NCBI GenBank assembly: GCA_963790025.1
Contig: CAWBMP010000005.1
Span: forward strand, 575,224-639,223
Length of the DNA stretch: 64,000 nt
Source: Nitrospirota bacterium
Lineage (GTDB): Bacteria > Nitrospirota > Thermodesulfovibrionia > Thermodesulfovibrionales > Dissulfurispiraceae
Reading direction: 5' to 3'
The position numbers and the translations under genes were made by a program. Shown here piece after piece: positions 41,019 to 50,598 of the stretch (positions are counted from its first letter, which is position 1; each line of letters begins with the position of its first letter). A model generated the notes under the pieces. It saw only the letters and a list, made by a program, of their open reading frames with translations, ran no database searches and had not been told where the DNA came from.

Positions 41019-42385
41019 TGTTGTCAACAAATAGAGTTGTCCGGTTTTAGAGCAAATAAACTGTCCGGTTCTGTAGGGTGGCTGCACATGGAACATGGCA
41101 GGCCACCGATGTTAGTTTTTTAAGTCTCATGCCGCTGCATGTGAGCAAATTGCAATCTCCTTTCCTTTAGCGTTATAGGCAGCCAGTTTTCTCGGTCCAT
41201 GGAAGATAGCAAGGCTGCCATCGGGATAACGATGAACGCTTACCTGAACCCTGACGTAGTGGCAACGATATTGATTTTGCGGGATCTGAAGTTTTAGTCC
41301 ACAGAACTTTACACAGTTATCGTTGCCGACGGTGCGGTCATACTGTTCGGATAGGATTTCTTCCAAGGCACTGCCTGCCCAAGTCACGAACATGCTCTCT
41401 GGTTCTTGAGGGACAACGGCAAACTCAGCATTATGGGCCGGCATATATGTATTGGCAAGATAATCATTGGCCTGTTTCATCCCAGTGATGCCAGCCATCG
41501 CAAGCTCCTTAACGAGTCGGTCTTGATGGGTCTCGAAGGCTCGCTCAGAACGGCCCCTGGCCTCAGGAGAATATGCAGCAATCATCTTAATCCCCAGTTG
41601 GCTCATTGCACGACCAAACTGGGTAAGATTTGATTTGTCCACTTTCCCTCCGGCCTCCGGAGTATGCCAATAGTGACTTCCGCGATCCGTATACAACGAA
41701 GCAAACAATCCGTGTTGCTCTATAACTTCTTTTACCCCCTGAAAGCTGCTTTGCGTGCCTTCTTCCTTAACAAAAAACATCGAGTAGTGTTCACTACTGG
41801 CATCATCCATCGTCACGATTAGATACCCAGAATTTGCCAGGAACCCACTGGTGCCGGGAGCCATCTTGATGAAGCATCATACCAATGTATGGAGCCCTGG
41901 TCCTTCTTTTCCTGTGTGCTCCTTTCAGTGCTGATTTAGGTACCAATCCCTTTTCCTGAAGGGTGTTTTTGACCCATGTGTAGCTTCTTCTTCCTTGATA
42001 AACACGGCGATACCAGCTAAAAAAATGTTTGACATTAAAACCATAAAAACGACCTCTATAAAGATCCGATAGCGCTATCACTTCGTCAACCGGTGCCCGG
42101 CGGTGAGATATTTGCCCTAATCGTTTATCTACAAGCCCCTCCATCCCTTTATCCTCATACCTCAGCAAATACCGCCGAAACGTTCTGTCACAGACTCCAA
42201 GGAGCATCGCTGCTTCCTCCTGGGTTAGCCGTCCACGTTTCCAGCCCTCATAGCCTTCTTCAAATCTCATCTTCCGTACCTCCTGCAACACCTCCGAACG
42301 TTTCATGGATAGCCCCCCTTGCTATCCATATAACACCCGGACAGTTTATGTGCTACAGATACGGACAGTTTATCTGCTCGCTACA
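41019..42385 (-). mobile_element. IS1202-family-like (formerly ISNCY) insertion sequence, 1367 bp, 17-bp target duplication
   Basis: TGT...ACA ends with tandem AGCAnATAAACTGTCCG-like motifs; CCTGCCCCGCCTCAAAA at 41002-41018 and 42386-42402. Confidence 0.9.
41127..42306 (-). pseudogene. DDE transposase with +1 frameshift near 41825
   Basis: HTH (LTQEEAAMLLGVCDRTFRR), MLHQDGS.HQW / LIVTMDDA, YTDRGSHY, SPEARGRSER. Confidence 0.88.
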
Positions 42386-42525
42386 CCTGCCCCGCCTCAA
42401 AATTGCATTGGCATTCAACTATGATATTATTATATCGTAAAATTGAGGAATAAGTTTAACCCACAATTTGGGTTGGCTTATATATCATATTCGACGAGAC
42501 ATCTGTTCATGTTATATTTAACAAT

Positions 42526-43227
42526 ATGACCAATAAGAGAACGTGCATAGGTCCTTCACAACTTTATTTTCATTTCGGACATGATCGGGAGTTTCTTGTC
42601 CGTACCTTTGAAATGGCTGCAGGGATGGCTGTTATGCTTGTACTGACCGATAATACTACCAGCATGCTTTCGGTCAGCAAAAAGGGGACTGTGGCCTGTG
42701 TAAGACTGCACCGGATGTTTCTGCTGGCCGATGAAGAGACGCTCAAAGAGATTGCTTCATTTATAAAGCGCGGCGGCGGCAGGATGCCCAGGTTCAGGGC
42801 CTTCGTTAATGAAATGCGTGACACGATCAGGCGTAAGCCGGCCAGATCTTTTAAGGCAAGGACACAGGGGAAGCACCATGATCTGCACCCGATATTTGAA
42901 CGGCTCAACAGCCAATATTTCGAGGGAAAGCTTGCTTCTGTAATAACATGGGGGAGCAGTTGTGCGAGGCATTGCGTGCGGAAACGGACTCTGGGCAGCT
43001 ATAGCAGTCATACGGATACTATACGGGTCAACCCTGTCCTTGACCGAAAGACAGTGCCGCTCCATTATATCGAATTCATTGTTTACCACGAAATGCTTCA
43101 CGCAAGTATGGGAACTGAGAAAAAAAACGGCAGGCGCGCGGTCCATACAAGCGATTTCAGAAAGCGGGAACGGCTTTTCAGGGATTATGAGAAGTCCATG
43201 CTATGGGAAAAAGAAAGGCAAAGGTAG
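42526..43227 (+). CDS. SprT-like/M48 zinc metalloprotease-domain protein
   Basis: F..LN.QYF; LGSY; I.VNPVLD; YHEMLH (HExxH) and downstream H. Confidence 0.85.
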   Translation: MTNKRTCIGPSQLYFHFGHDREFLVRTFEMAAGMAVMLVLTDNTTSMLSVSKKGTVACVRLHRMFLLADEETLKEIASFIKRGGGRMPRFRAFVNEMRDTIRRKPARSFKARTQGKHHDLHPIFERLNSQYFEGKLASVITWGSSCARHCVRKRTLGSYSSHTDTIRVNPVLDRKTVPLHYIEFIVYHEMLHASMGTEKKNGRRAVHTSDFRKRERLFRDYEKSMLWEKERQR

Positions 43228-43310
43228 AGATAGAGGTAAAGGTAAAGATACAATCATAGTTATTTTATCTTAGCCTATACCTATACCTTTACCTTTACCT
43301 TTGCCTTTCT
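43212..43310. repeat. Inverted hexamer (AGGTAA)n/(TTACCT)n hairpin joining two convergent gene ends
   Basis: Perfect 15-bp arms AGAAAGGCAAAGGTA / TACCTTTGCCTTTCT plus further hexamers. Confidence 0.8.
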
Positions 43311-44612
43311 CTATCTAGGATTTTTCCGACAGTATTTAACGCTTCAGTCCTTGTGCTGACCTTACCCTCCAGGATGTCATCTTCCAGTTCGGACAATATG
43401 CTTTTGAATCGGGGGGAAGGGTGGAGGCCGAATTCCGTTATAAGATCCTTACCGGTAATTATTTTGAGAAGTCGCGTGCGCGGCATGACCTCATTCACAT
43501 ATAATGAGAAGACCTCTTTGCAAAAGGAGAAGACCCGCGTATCCGGTACAGGTACCCCCCGCGCAGACAGGCACTTATGGACCTGTCCGGCAGCAGCGGC
43601 AAGGACCATCACAGGATAGACATTTTCTTGAGCATCCTTTAGAAATCTGACTATCTCTCTTTTTCCAGCCCCGGCGCCGGCAAGAAACAGGATATTTTCG
43701 TATCCTGATGCGATCGAGGCGATAAGTTCGGTCTCTTTCTTTGACATCTTCAACCTAAATGCGGCTTCCAGCGTATGTGCCGTTCCTGAAAAAAGGGCGG
43801 TCAGCTTAAGGCATGTCCGCCTCGAAGGAAGTTCGAAGTATGCCAGTATACGCTCCGGGCAGAAAGGGAAATAGAGCGCCGGGTCGCCTATGATGTCCTC
43901 GCACTGTCTGTAGCAGGCAACGCCATGCTTCATGCTAATACCAGTGGCAACTAAAAATTCTGGAAACAGCACGGACATAACATTGTCTTCTTCCATGTTG
44001 CTTATTATTGCATACGAATCACCCAGGGCCGTTATATGCCGTAATTCTTCCGCTATCCGTTCTGTTGCAATGTCCTTGAGCAATGCATTATGAGCTTTTA
44101 GGGCGCGACGTGTGTTTGTTTCGATAGAAGCATGCAGTGCAGCCGAGAAACGATAGATCCTCAGGGTCCGCAGCGGGTCACTGATAATATTTCTCTCGGA
44201 AACCATCCTGACAGTGCGGGCCTTAAGATTCTTCCTGTCCGCCAAATGGATCAATTAAATGTGTTTTTGATTCCCATTCACGCAAAGGCAGGGCCATCGC
44301 ATTGATGGTTATATCACGGTCCGCGAGGTCTGAGGCAATCGAGCCGCCTCTCATGGCTGATATATCGAGAAAGACGGAATCTTTCACCACCCTGGCGATA
44401 CCGTAAGTGCTGTCAAGGAGGACAAAAGAACTGCCTGAGGTCCGTGCAAACTCCTGCGAGATTGAGATGGCATCCCCCGCGACAGCAAGGTCAATGTCTT
44501 TTGTCTCAATTCCGGAGAGCATATCACGCACAGCGCCGCCGACAATATAGGTGTCGTCAGCAATGCCTTTTTTCAGACAGAACTCTTTAAAGAGCTCAAG
44601 GAGCTGGTGCAT
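43295..44612 (-). pseudogene. Class II tRNA nucleotidyltransferase (probably CC-adding type), split by a +1 frameshift near 44230
   Basis: VGGAVRD..DIDL, DRDITINAMA, DPFGG / DPLRTLR.YRF, ATERI.EEL, ITGKDL. Confidence 0.8.
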
Positions 44613-44836
44613 GCCTTACTTTGAGGCCATATTGAAACCGAATTGTTTTGACCCAGGTTGAGATATCTTAATCCCCAACTGTCTGATTAGTGTTCTTTTT
44701 AGTGCGGACATGCGCTCTCCAGCTATGATGTATATTATATACGTCACAAAAAAAGTTTGCAAAATATCCCCTGTCTCATTAACTTTTTGAAGTCGGTAAT
44801 GGACTTGCCTATCGGCAGGTGTAGTAGAATAAATAT

Positions 44837-45823
44837 ATGTCTGAGAAGAATATTCATCAATCACATGAGGCGATTTTAAACTGCATGACTGAGGCGGTTT
44901 ATGTCATTAATACCGATATGGAAATTTTATACGCAAATCCAGCCTCGGAAACCCTGACAGGATATTCCATTTCCGAAGTTATCGGGAAAAAGTGCGAAAA
45001 TATATTTTGTGAGGCTTCATTCAGATGTGAAGACATATGCCCGCCCAAAGTCGCCATGAGAGAACAGAGGTCTATTCTTCACCGTGAAGCAGATACCAGG
45101 GCAAAAGGTGGTGAGGTAAAGAATACTCAAATCTCCTTCTCCCCTTTCTATGGAGGTGATAGGTGTATTGGTGCAGTTGTGGTTATCAAAGATATTACTG
45201 AAATCAGGAAGGCTGAAGAAGAAATCAAACGGCAGAACAGGTTTCTTACTTTAACCATAGACTCCCTTCCTGATCCCTTTTATGTAATTGATGCAAACAG
45301 CTATATGATAATGATGGCCAATCAAGTCGGTATGTACAACAAATCGCCCGAGGGGTTGACATGTTTTGCTTACACTCATGATAAAGCCGGGCCCTGTGAA
45401 GATGCGGACCATCCATGCCCACTTACCGTAGTTAAGAAAACAAAGCAGCCATATGTTGTAGAGCATTTGCATAGAGGGCCCGGTGGTGAATTCAGAAACT
45501 GCGAAATCCATGGCTATCCCATTCTCGATGACAACGAAAACGTTGTTCAGATGATAGAATATTCGGTAGATATTACTAACCGCAAAAACGTTGAACTTGA
45601 ACGGGAGAAACTTATCTTTCAACTTCAGGAAGCACTTGCCAAGGTCAAGCAATTAAGCGGTTTCCTTCCGATCTGCGCATCGTGTAAAAAGATAAGAGAC
45701 GACAAGGGATATTGGAACCAGATTGAAACCTATATAAGTAATCATTCCGAAGCAGAATTCAGTCATGGTATATGTCCCGACTGTGCAAAGAAACTTTATG
45801 CGGATTTTTACAAGAAAAGTTGA
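44837..45823 (+). CDS. PAS-PAS sensor with C-terminal Cys/His zinc-ribbon-like domain, no kinase
   Basis: Two PAS/PAC domains; LPICASCKKIRDDKGYW..FSHGICPDC. Confidence 0.85.
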   Translation: MSEKNIHQSHEAILNCMTEAVYVINTDMEILYANPASETLTGYSISEVIGKKCENIFCEASFRCEDICPPKVAMREQRSILHREADTRAKGGEVKNTQISFSPFYGGDRCIGAVVVIKDITEIRKAEEEIKRQNRFLTLTIDSLPDPFYVIDANSYMIMMANQVGMYNKSPEGLTCFAYTHDKAGPCEDADHPCPLTVVKKTKQPYVVEHLHRGPGGEFRNCEIHGYPILDDNENVVQMIEYSVDITNRKNVELEREKLIFQLQEALAKVKQLSGFLPICASCKKIRDDKGYWNQIETYISNHSEAEFSHGICPDCAKKLYADFYKKS

Positions 45824-46053
45824 ACAAAAGGTGAAGGTAAAGGATAAAACACTTTACCATTTATAGTCTTGTATTTAGCAGGACTGCCCCCGAAAATAGG
45901 GGCACAAAACTACTGTATTGCGGACGGGCTGACACGTATCTTTATGCGCCATCCTGGACCGGTCAACCAATTCTTTCAGAATAAATCTGCTCAGGAATTG
46001 CTATTCCGGTCAAGCGCAAAAAAATTGGGGGAACTCCCGGGTGTATTTATGTA

Positions 46054-46082
46054 TTGACAACCTCTTAAAAAAGTGCTACCTT
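46054..46082 (+). promoter_or_regulatory. Sigma70 promoter with no downstream gene
   Basis: TTGACA-17-TACCTT with TG extension. Confidence 0.6.
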
Positions 46083-46114
46083 TTAACTTAGAACGATTGC
46101 ACACATATATTCTT

Positions 46115-46232
46115 AGAGCCATACTTGAACAGAGGCACGTTGTGCGCGTAAGGTGGACTTTCAGTTTTGCCCTGCGTTAAAGCATCGAGCCCGTCCAATA
46201 AAATGGAAAATTGTATGGCTTTATTTATTTTT
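46115..46232 (+). ncRNA. Candidate structured small RNA or orphan leader
   Basis: Closing stem AGCCATAC/GTATGGCT then U-rich tail; inner GCAC/GTGC and TGGAC/GTCCA. Confidence 0.35.
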
Positions 46233-46390
46233 CAACTTTCTGCTCATCCATTTCCGACAGAATAGCCGACTTCAATTTTAGGAAATATTCCCATTGTATG
46301 CGTATATTATACCGCTTCCTATGAATTTTTCTTCGAGAAGAACTGAAAATACGTGGCTATTCCTAACCAGACATTTGAAAGCAAAATACT

Positions 46391-48571
46391 TTAATACCAC
46401 ATAAGCGTTTCGTAATCGGGTGAGGGAACGGTAACTGTAATATGTCCCCGCCACGGGCAGCGTTCAACTTCATCGCCGTTCCGCCTTATTTCTATGGAAA
46501 GGTGGATCTCATCATTCACTTTGGCCTTCAAATCTGAAAACGGTACCTCCAGTTCGAAGATGTCCCGGGCTGCCACATTCTCTAGAGGCTTAATTGCTTT
46601 CCAGTCTTCCCGGACCTTCTCACTAAACACAGCAACGTGCGGGTCGCCTTGCGTGTCAAATATAATCCTGAATTCGAAAGGCTTAACTATGTTTATATGG
46701 ATAACGGTTTTTTCCTTGGTCTCCGTAAACGATATTTTGGGATCGATCCTTATAAATAAACTATCCTTGTTGAACCCGTAGTGTATAGAAGAGATAAAGC
46801 TCTCTGATTTGTGCATGCTTCCGCCCGCACGCTTGGCATCTACCATAGCGGCCTGGTTCCATTCATAGTAGCTTGTTATATACCCGTCTATTTTGGGCTT
46901 GATAAAACCGCGAATCTGCACCGACGGCATGATGCTTCTGTCCTGGATGAGTATCGGCACATGAAGCTGCGGCGGGATTTCCTTTTCCATTACTTTATAA
47001 ACCTTCATTAAATAGCTTCTGAAGAGTTCGTCAAAGTCTTCCTGCGTATCGGTGGTGTGATCGTCTCCATACCACCAGTTCCAGTCGCTTCCTTCGGCGG
47101 CGTACATAGCGGTCCAGGCTTCGGAAAGGTCCATATCGGGATTTGCCCTGGCGAATATATCAAGATCATCTCTTGTCTGAGAAAGATAGTCCCATGCCGT
47201 ATTGTCTTCCTCATGGCCGAGCCAGATACCGAAGTTTGCGTTTATCCATGAACCGGCATGCACGCGCGGAAGCTGGTCCCCGGCGCCGTGTTCATTTATA
47301 AAATCGGAAATGGTTACCGTCCTGAAACGGTCGTCATTGCTCAGGGCACGGTAAAGGCCGGCCAGGAAATCGTGGCCGTCATTGACAAAATATTCCCAGG
47401 CGTTCTCCCCATCCAAAATCACAGGCACTATGTAGTCCATGCCTCCCGGGAGCGCATTCCGGATCTCTGCCAATTTCCCGATGAAGTCATCAACGGCTTT
47501 TTCGGCTTTCCATCCTGAATAGGTAAAGCCTATAAGGTCCGAGAGTTTGTGGTCTCTGAATAGCATGGACACGCCGCTGAATTGATGCATCCGGTAAAGA
47601 GTGGCAGCATCAATGAGATGACCCTCCGGACTTCTCAAGGGCCTCTGAAGTGACCGGGAGAGCACTTCTTCATCCGTTGCTATCCATTTAATCCCCGCAT
47701 TGCCTATCGCCCTGACTACGTCCTCACTCACAGATCCCTCGGAGGGCCACATGCCGGCCGGCTTTTTCCCGAAAAGACGTTCAAAATACGCCAGAGCCAT
47801 TTCGATCTGCTTAATTGCATCTTCCGGATGGGAGAAGCGTTTTTTGGGAAGGGTCACCTGTGGCATTGCGATCCTGGCAACGTTGGTGTCCCATATCAGC
47901 GGAAGTATGGGATGGTAAAAGGGGGTCACCGAAAGTTCGACCTGTCCGCAGTCACTCATCTTTTTGTACTCCGGGATTATTTTTTTTAAAATTGCCATTT
48001 GTTTTTCGATAAGAAGCTGTTTTTCTTCTTCAGTGAAATCCCTTCCTTTTTTTATAAGTCCGTGCAGAAACGGGTCGCTATCGTTCCTGAACATGGGGTC
48101 TATCCATGCAAGGTTGAATAATACCTGCAGGTCTCGGATGTCGTGGTCGTCGAAATACCTGGAGGCACGTTCGAGATCGCTCTTCGTCATTCTGACGCCC
48201 CTTTTGATGAGCAACTCATAGTAGCGCGGGAAGGGTGCTATCATATTGTCCCAGTTTGCAAGGAAAAAGTTTTCAATGATAAACCGCTTCTCTTCCCCGG
48301 TAAGGTCCGACGGGGGCTTCAATGTCAGGCAAAGATAGGTGTCCTTGGCATTGTTGTCGACATAATCGACAAGTTGCTCCAGCAGAGACGGTACGAGGTT
48401 AAAAGTTTGTCGAATTTTGGGAAAATCGGAAAGGATGGTTACCATATCCAGGTAGTCCTTGACGCCGTGCAATCTCACCCAGGGGAGTCTGGAGACACCT
48501 GTAAAGGGGTCTTTGTAATAGGGCTGATGCATGTGCCACAGGAATGCAACGGAAAGCTGGTTACCGGTCAT
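46391..48571 (-). CDS. Glycoside hydrolase family 57 (amylopullulanase-like)
   Basis: FLWHMHQPYY, PFYHPILPL, GMWPSEGSVS, ILDGENAWEY, AEGSDWNWW. Confidence 0.95.
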   Translation of the reverse strand: MTGNQLSVAFLWHMHQPYYKDPFTGVSRLPWVRLHGVKDYLDMVTILSDFPKIRQTFNLVPSLLEQLVDYVDNNAKDTYLCLTLKPPSDLTGEEKRFIIENFFLANWDNMIAPFPRYYELLIKRGVRMTKSDLERASRYFDDHDIRDLQVLFNLAWIDPMFRNDSDPFLHGLIKKGRDFTEEEKQLLIEKQMAILKKIIPEYKKMSDCGQVELSVTPFYHPILPLIWDTNVARIAMPQVTLPKKRFSHPEDAIKQIEMALAYFERLFGKKPAGMWPSEGSVSEDVVRAIGNAGIKWIATDEEVLSRSLQRPLRSPEGHLIDAATLYRMHQFSGVSMLFRDHKLSDLIGFTYSGWKAEKAVDDFIGKLAEIRNALPGGMDYIVPVILDGENAWEYFVNDGHDFLAGLYRALSNDDRFRTVTISDFINEHGAGDQLPRVHAGSWINANFGIWLGHEEDNTAWDYLSQTRDDLDIFARANPDMDLSEAWTAMYAAEGSDWNWWYGDDHTTDTQEDFDELFRSYLMKVYKVMEKEIPPQLHVPILIQDRSIMPSVQIRGFIKPKIDGYITSYYEWNQAAMVDAKRAGGSMHKSESFISSIHYGFNKDSLFIRIDPKISFTETKEKTVIHINIVKPFEFRIIFDTQGDPHVAVFSEKVREDWKAIKPLENVAARDIFELEVPFSDLKAKVNDEIHLSIEIRRNGDEVERCPWRGHITVTVPSPDYETLMWY

Positions 48572-48908
48572 TATCTTTAAACTGAAAGATATATTCGCCC
48601 GGCTTGGCCAGGCCGTATTCTTCTCTCGCGTATTTCTCTATGTAATAATTATCATCTTTGAGAGCGGTGATGTGTTTTTTTAATGCTTTATTTTCATTAT
48701 CAACTGCACGTATCTCCGCTTCCAGCCTGTTCTTTGTTTTTGTAAGCGCGAGGTATTTAAGGAACCCCATGTTGCCGAACAAGAGAGTTATGCCCATGTA
48801 AAAAAAGGCGAGGGTAACTATGGTGAAGAATATGATGTTCCTTCTTCTCCGTTCAACAGTAACCTGCTGTCTGAGATTACTCTTACTCTGTAATATTCTC
48901 CCTCTCAT
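48561..48908 (-). CDS. ftsB: Septum formation initiator FtsB/DivIC
   Basis: TM, coiled coil, YIEKYAREEYGLAKPGE; downstream of eno. Confidence 0.88.
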   Translation of the reverse strand: MRGRILQSKSNLRQQVTVERRRRNIIFFTIVTLAFFYMGITLLFGNMGFLKYLALTKTKNRLEAEIRAVDNENKALKKHITALKDDNYYIEKYAREEYGLAKPGEYIFQFKDNDR

Positions 48909-48983
48909 CGCCGGACCTGTTCTATATAATGTTACACGGTTATGTTATCACTATGAAAGCATAAAATCAATCTTATATGAAAC

Positions 48984-49155
48984 GGCAGCGGGGCAGTTTG
49001 TTTTTGATCTGGATCACCGGGGTTCTCAACAGTGGGCGGGTAACCGCCCCGCCCACATATATAGCAAGAGTTGCCAAAGCAATCTTCAGTATTTGCCAGG
49101 GACTGGAAGCAAAAGACTATTTAAGCCAGAGCAAAAAACAAACTGCCCCGCTGCC
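48984..49155 (+). repeat. Copy A (complete) of ~170-bp palindromic element
   Basis: Arms GGCAGCGGGGCAGTTTGTTTTTGATCTGG / CCAGAGCAAAAAACAAACTGCCCCGCTGCC; 2 nt from the eno stop codon. Confidence 0.92.
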
Positions 49156-49157
49156 TA

Positions 49158-50450
49158 TTACACGCCCTTTAGTGCAGGCACATTATAAAAGGCGCTCAGT
49201 CCCTTAAATTGTGCCGTATTCCCCAGCGCTTCTTCAATCCCGAGCAGGCGGTTATATTTAGCGGTCCTTTCGGTCCTCGATAAAGAGCCTGTTTTGATAA
49301 AACCGGTATTGCAGGCAACGGCAAGGTCCGAAATGGTAGTGTCCTCTGTCTCTCCCGAACGGTGTGAGATTACAGCGGTGTACCGTGCCTTCTTTGCCAT
49401 TTCAATGGCATCGAGCGTTTCCGTGACAGAGCCGATCTGGTTCAGCTTTATCAGGATAGAGTTTGCGATCCCCTTAACGATGCCTTCTTTTAAAATTTTT
49501 GTATTGGTGACAAAAAGGTCATCGCCGACCAGCTGTATTTTGTCCCCGAGACTTTCTGTGAGGTGTTTCCAGCCGGCCCAATCGTTTTCAGCCATGCCGT
49601 CCTCGATAGAGAGAATAGGGTATTTTTTTACAATTCTCCTATAGTATGCGGTCAGTTCCTCTGGCGACATCTTTTTGCCTTCGAAGGTGTACTTGCCTTT
49701 ATCAAAAAATTCCGATGATGCTGCATCGATGGCCAGGAAGACATCTTTGCCCGGGGTATAGCCGCTCTCTTTTATTGCCTGCATGATTATTGAAAGGGCA
49801 TCTTCATTTGAATTAAGATTTGGAGCAAATCCGCCCTCGTCGCCTACAGCAGTATTGAGGCCTTTTTTCTTCAGGATGGATTTAAGGGAATGAAAGATCT
49901 CTACGCCGGCCCTCAATGCTGAAGCAAACGTATCAAAACCGGCAGGCATGATCATGAACTCCTGGATGTCTAAATTATTATCAGCGTGTACGCCGCCATT
50001 TACAATATTCATCATGGGAACGGGGAGCTCTTTCGCGTTGCATCCGCCAATATATTGATAGAGGGGCAATCCGAGCTCATTTGCTGAAGCACGGCATACG
50101 GCCATTGATACCCCCAGAATAGCATTGGCTCCGAGTTTGGCTTTATTCTGGGTCCCGTCGAGTTCTATCATCGTCATATCGACAAGGCCCTGGTCCATCG
50201 ATTCAAGACCGATCAGATGAGGCGCTATTTTTTCTTTTATGTTCCTTACCGCCTTGAGAACACCTTTGCCATCAAATCTCTTTTTATCGCCATCCCTCAG
50301 CTCCAGCGCCTCTCTCTGTCCGGTGGATGCGCCTGATGGCACCATTGCTCCGCCTGTTGCGCCGCAGTCCAGCAGTACCTCGACCGCCACAGTAGGGTTG
50401 CCTCTCGAATCCAGTATCTCTGCCGCATGTATATCCAGAATCTCACCCAT
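49158..50450 (-). CDS. eno: Enolase
   Basis: [43 protein letters not shown]. Confidence 0.99.
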   Translation of the reverse strand: MGEILDIHAAEILDSRGNPTVAVEVLLDCGATGGAMVPSGASTGQREALELRDGDKKRFDGKGVLKAVRNIKEKIAPHLIGLESMDQGLVDMTMIELDGTQNKAKLGANAILGVSMAVCRASANELGLPLYQYIGGCNAKELPVPMMNIVNGGVHADNNLDIQEFMIMPAGFDTFASALRAGVEIFHSLKSILKKKGLNTAVGDEGGFAPNLNSNEDALSIIMQAIKESGYTPGKDVFLAIDAASSEFFDKGKYTFEGKKMSPEELTAYYRRIVKKYPILSIEDGMAENDWAGWKHLTESLGDKIQLVGDDLFVTNTKILKEGIVKGIANSILIKLNQIGSVTETLDAIEMAKKARYTAVISHRSGETEDTTISDLAVACNTGFIKTGSLSRTERTAKYNRLLGIEEALGNTAQFKGLSAFYNVPALKGV

Positions 50451-50477
50451 AACATCCTCCTATAGCAAGAATTTAAA

Positions 50478-50598
50478 AGCAAGTAAAAAGTAAAAAGTAA
50501 AACGTGAAGAATAAGAAACAAAAAAATATACTTACGCTTTTATTTTTAGCTGCTTACTGCTATTTATGCGTTTGCTTCCGGCTTTTTACTTTTTACTT
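50478..50598. repeat. Inverted heptamer repeat spacer (AGTAAAA)n...(TTTTACT)n
   Basis: aagtaaaaagtaaaaagtaaaacg ... gctttttactttttactt. Confidence 0.75.
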
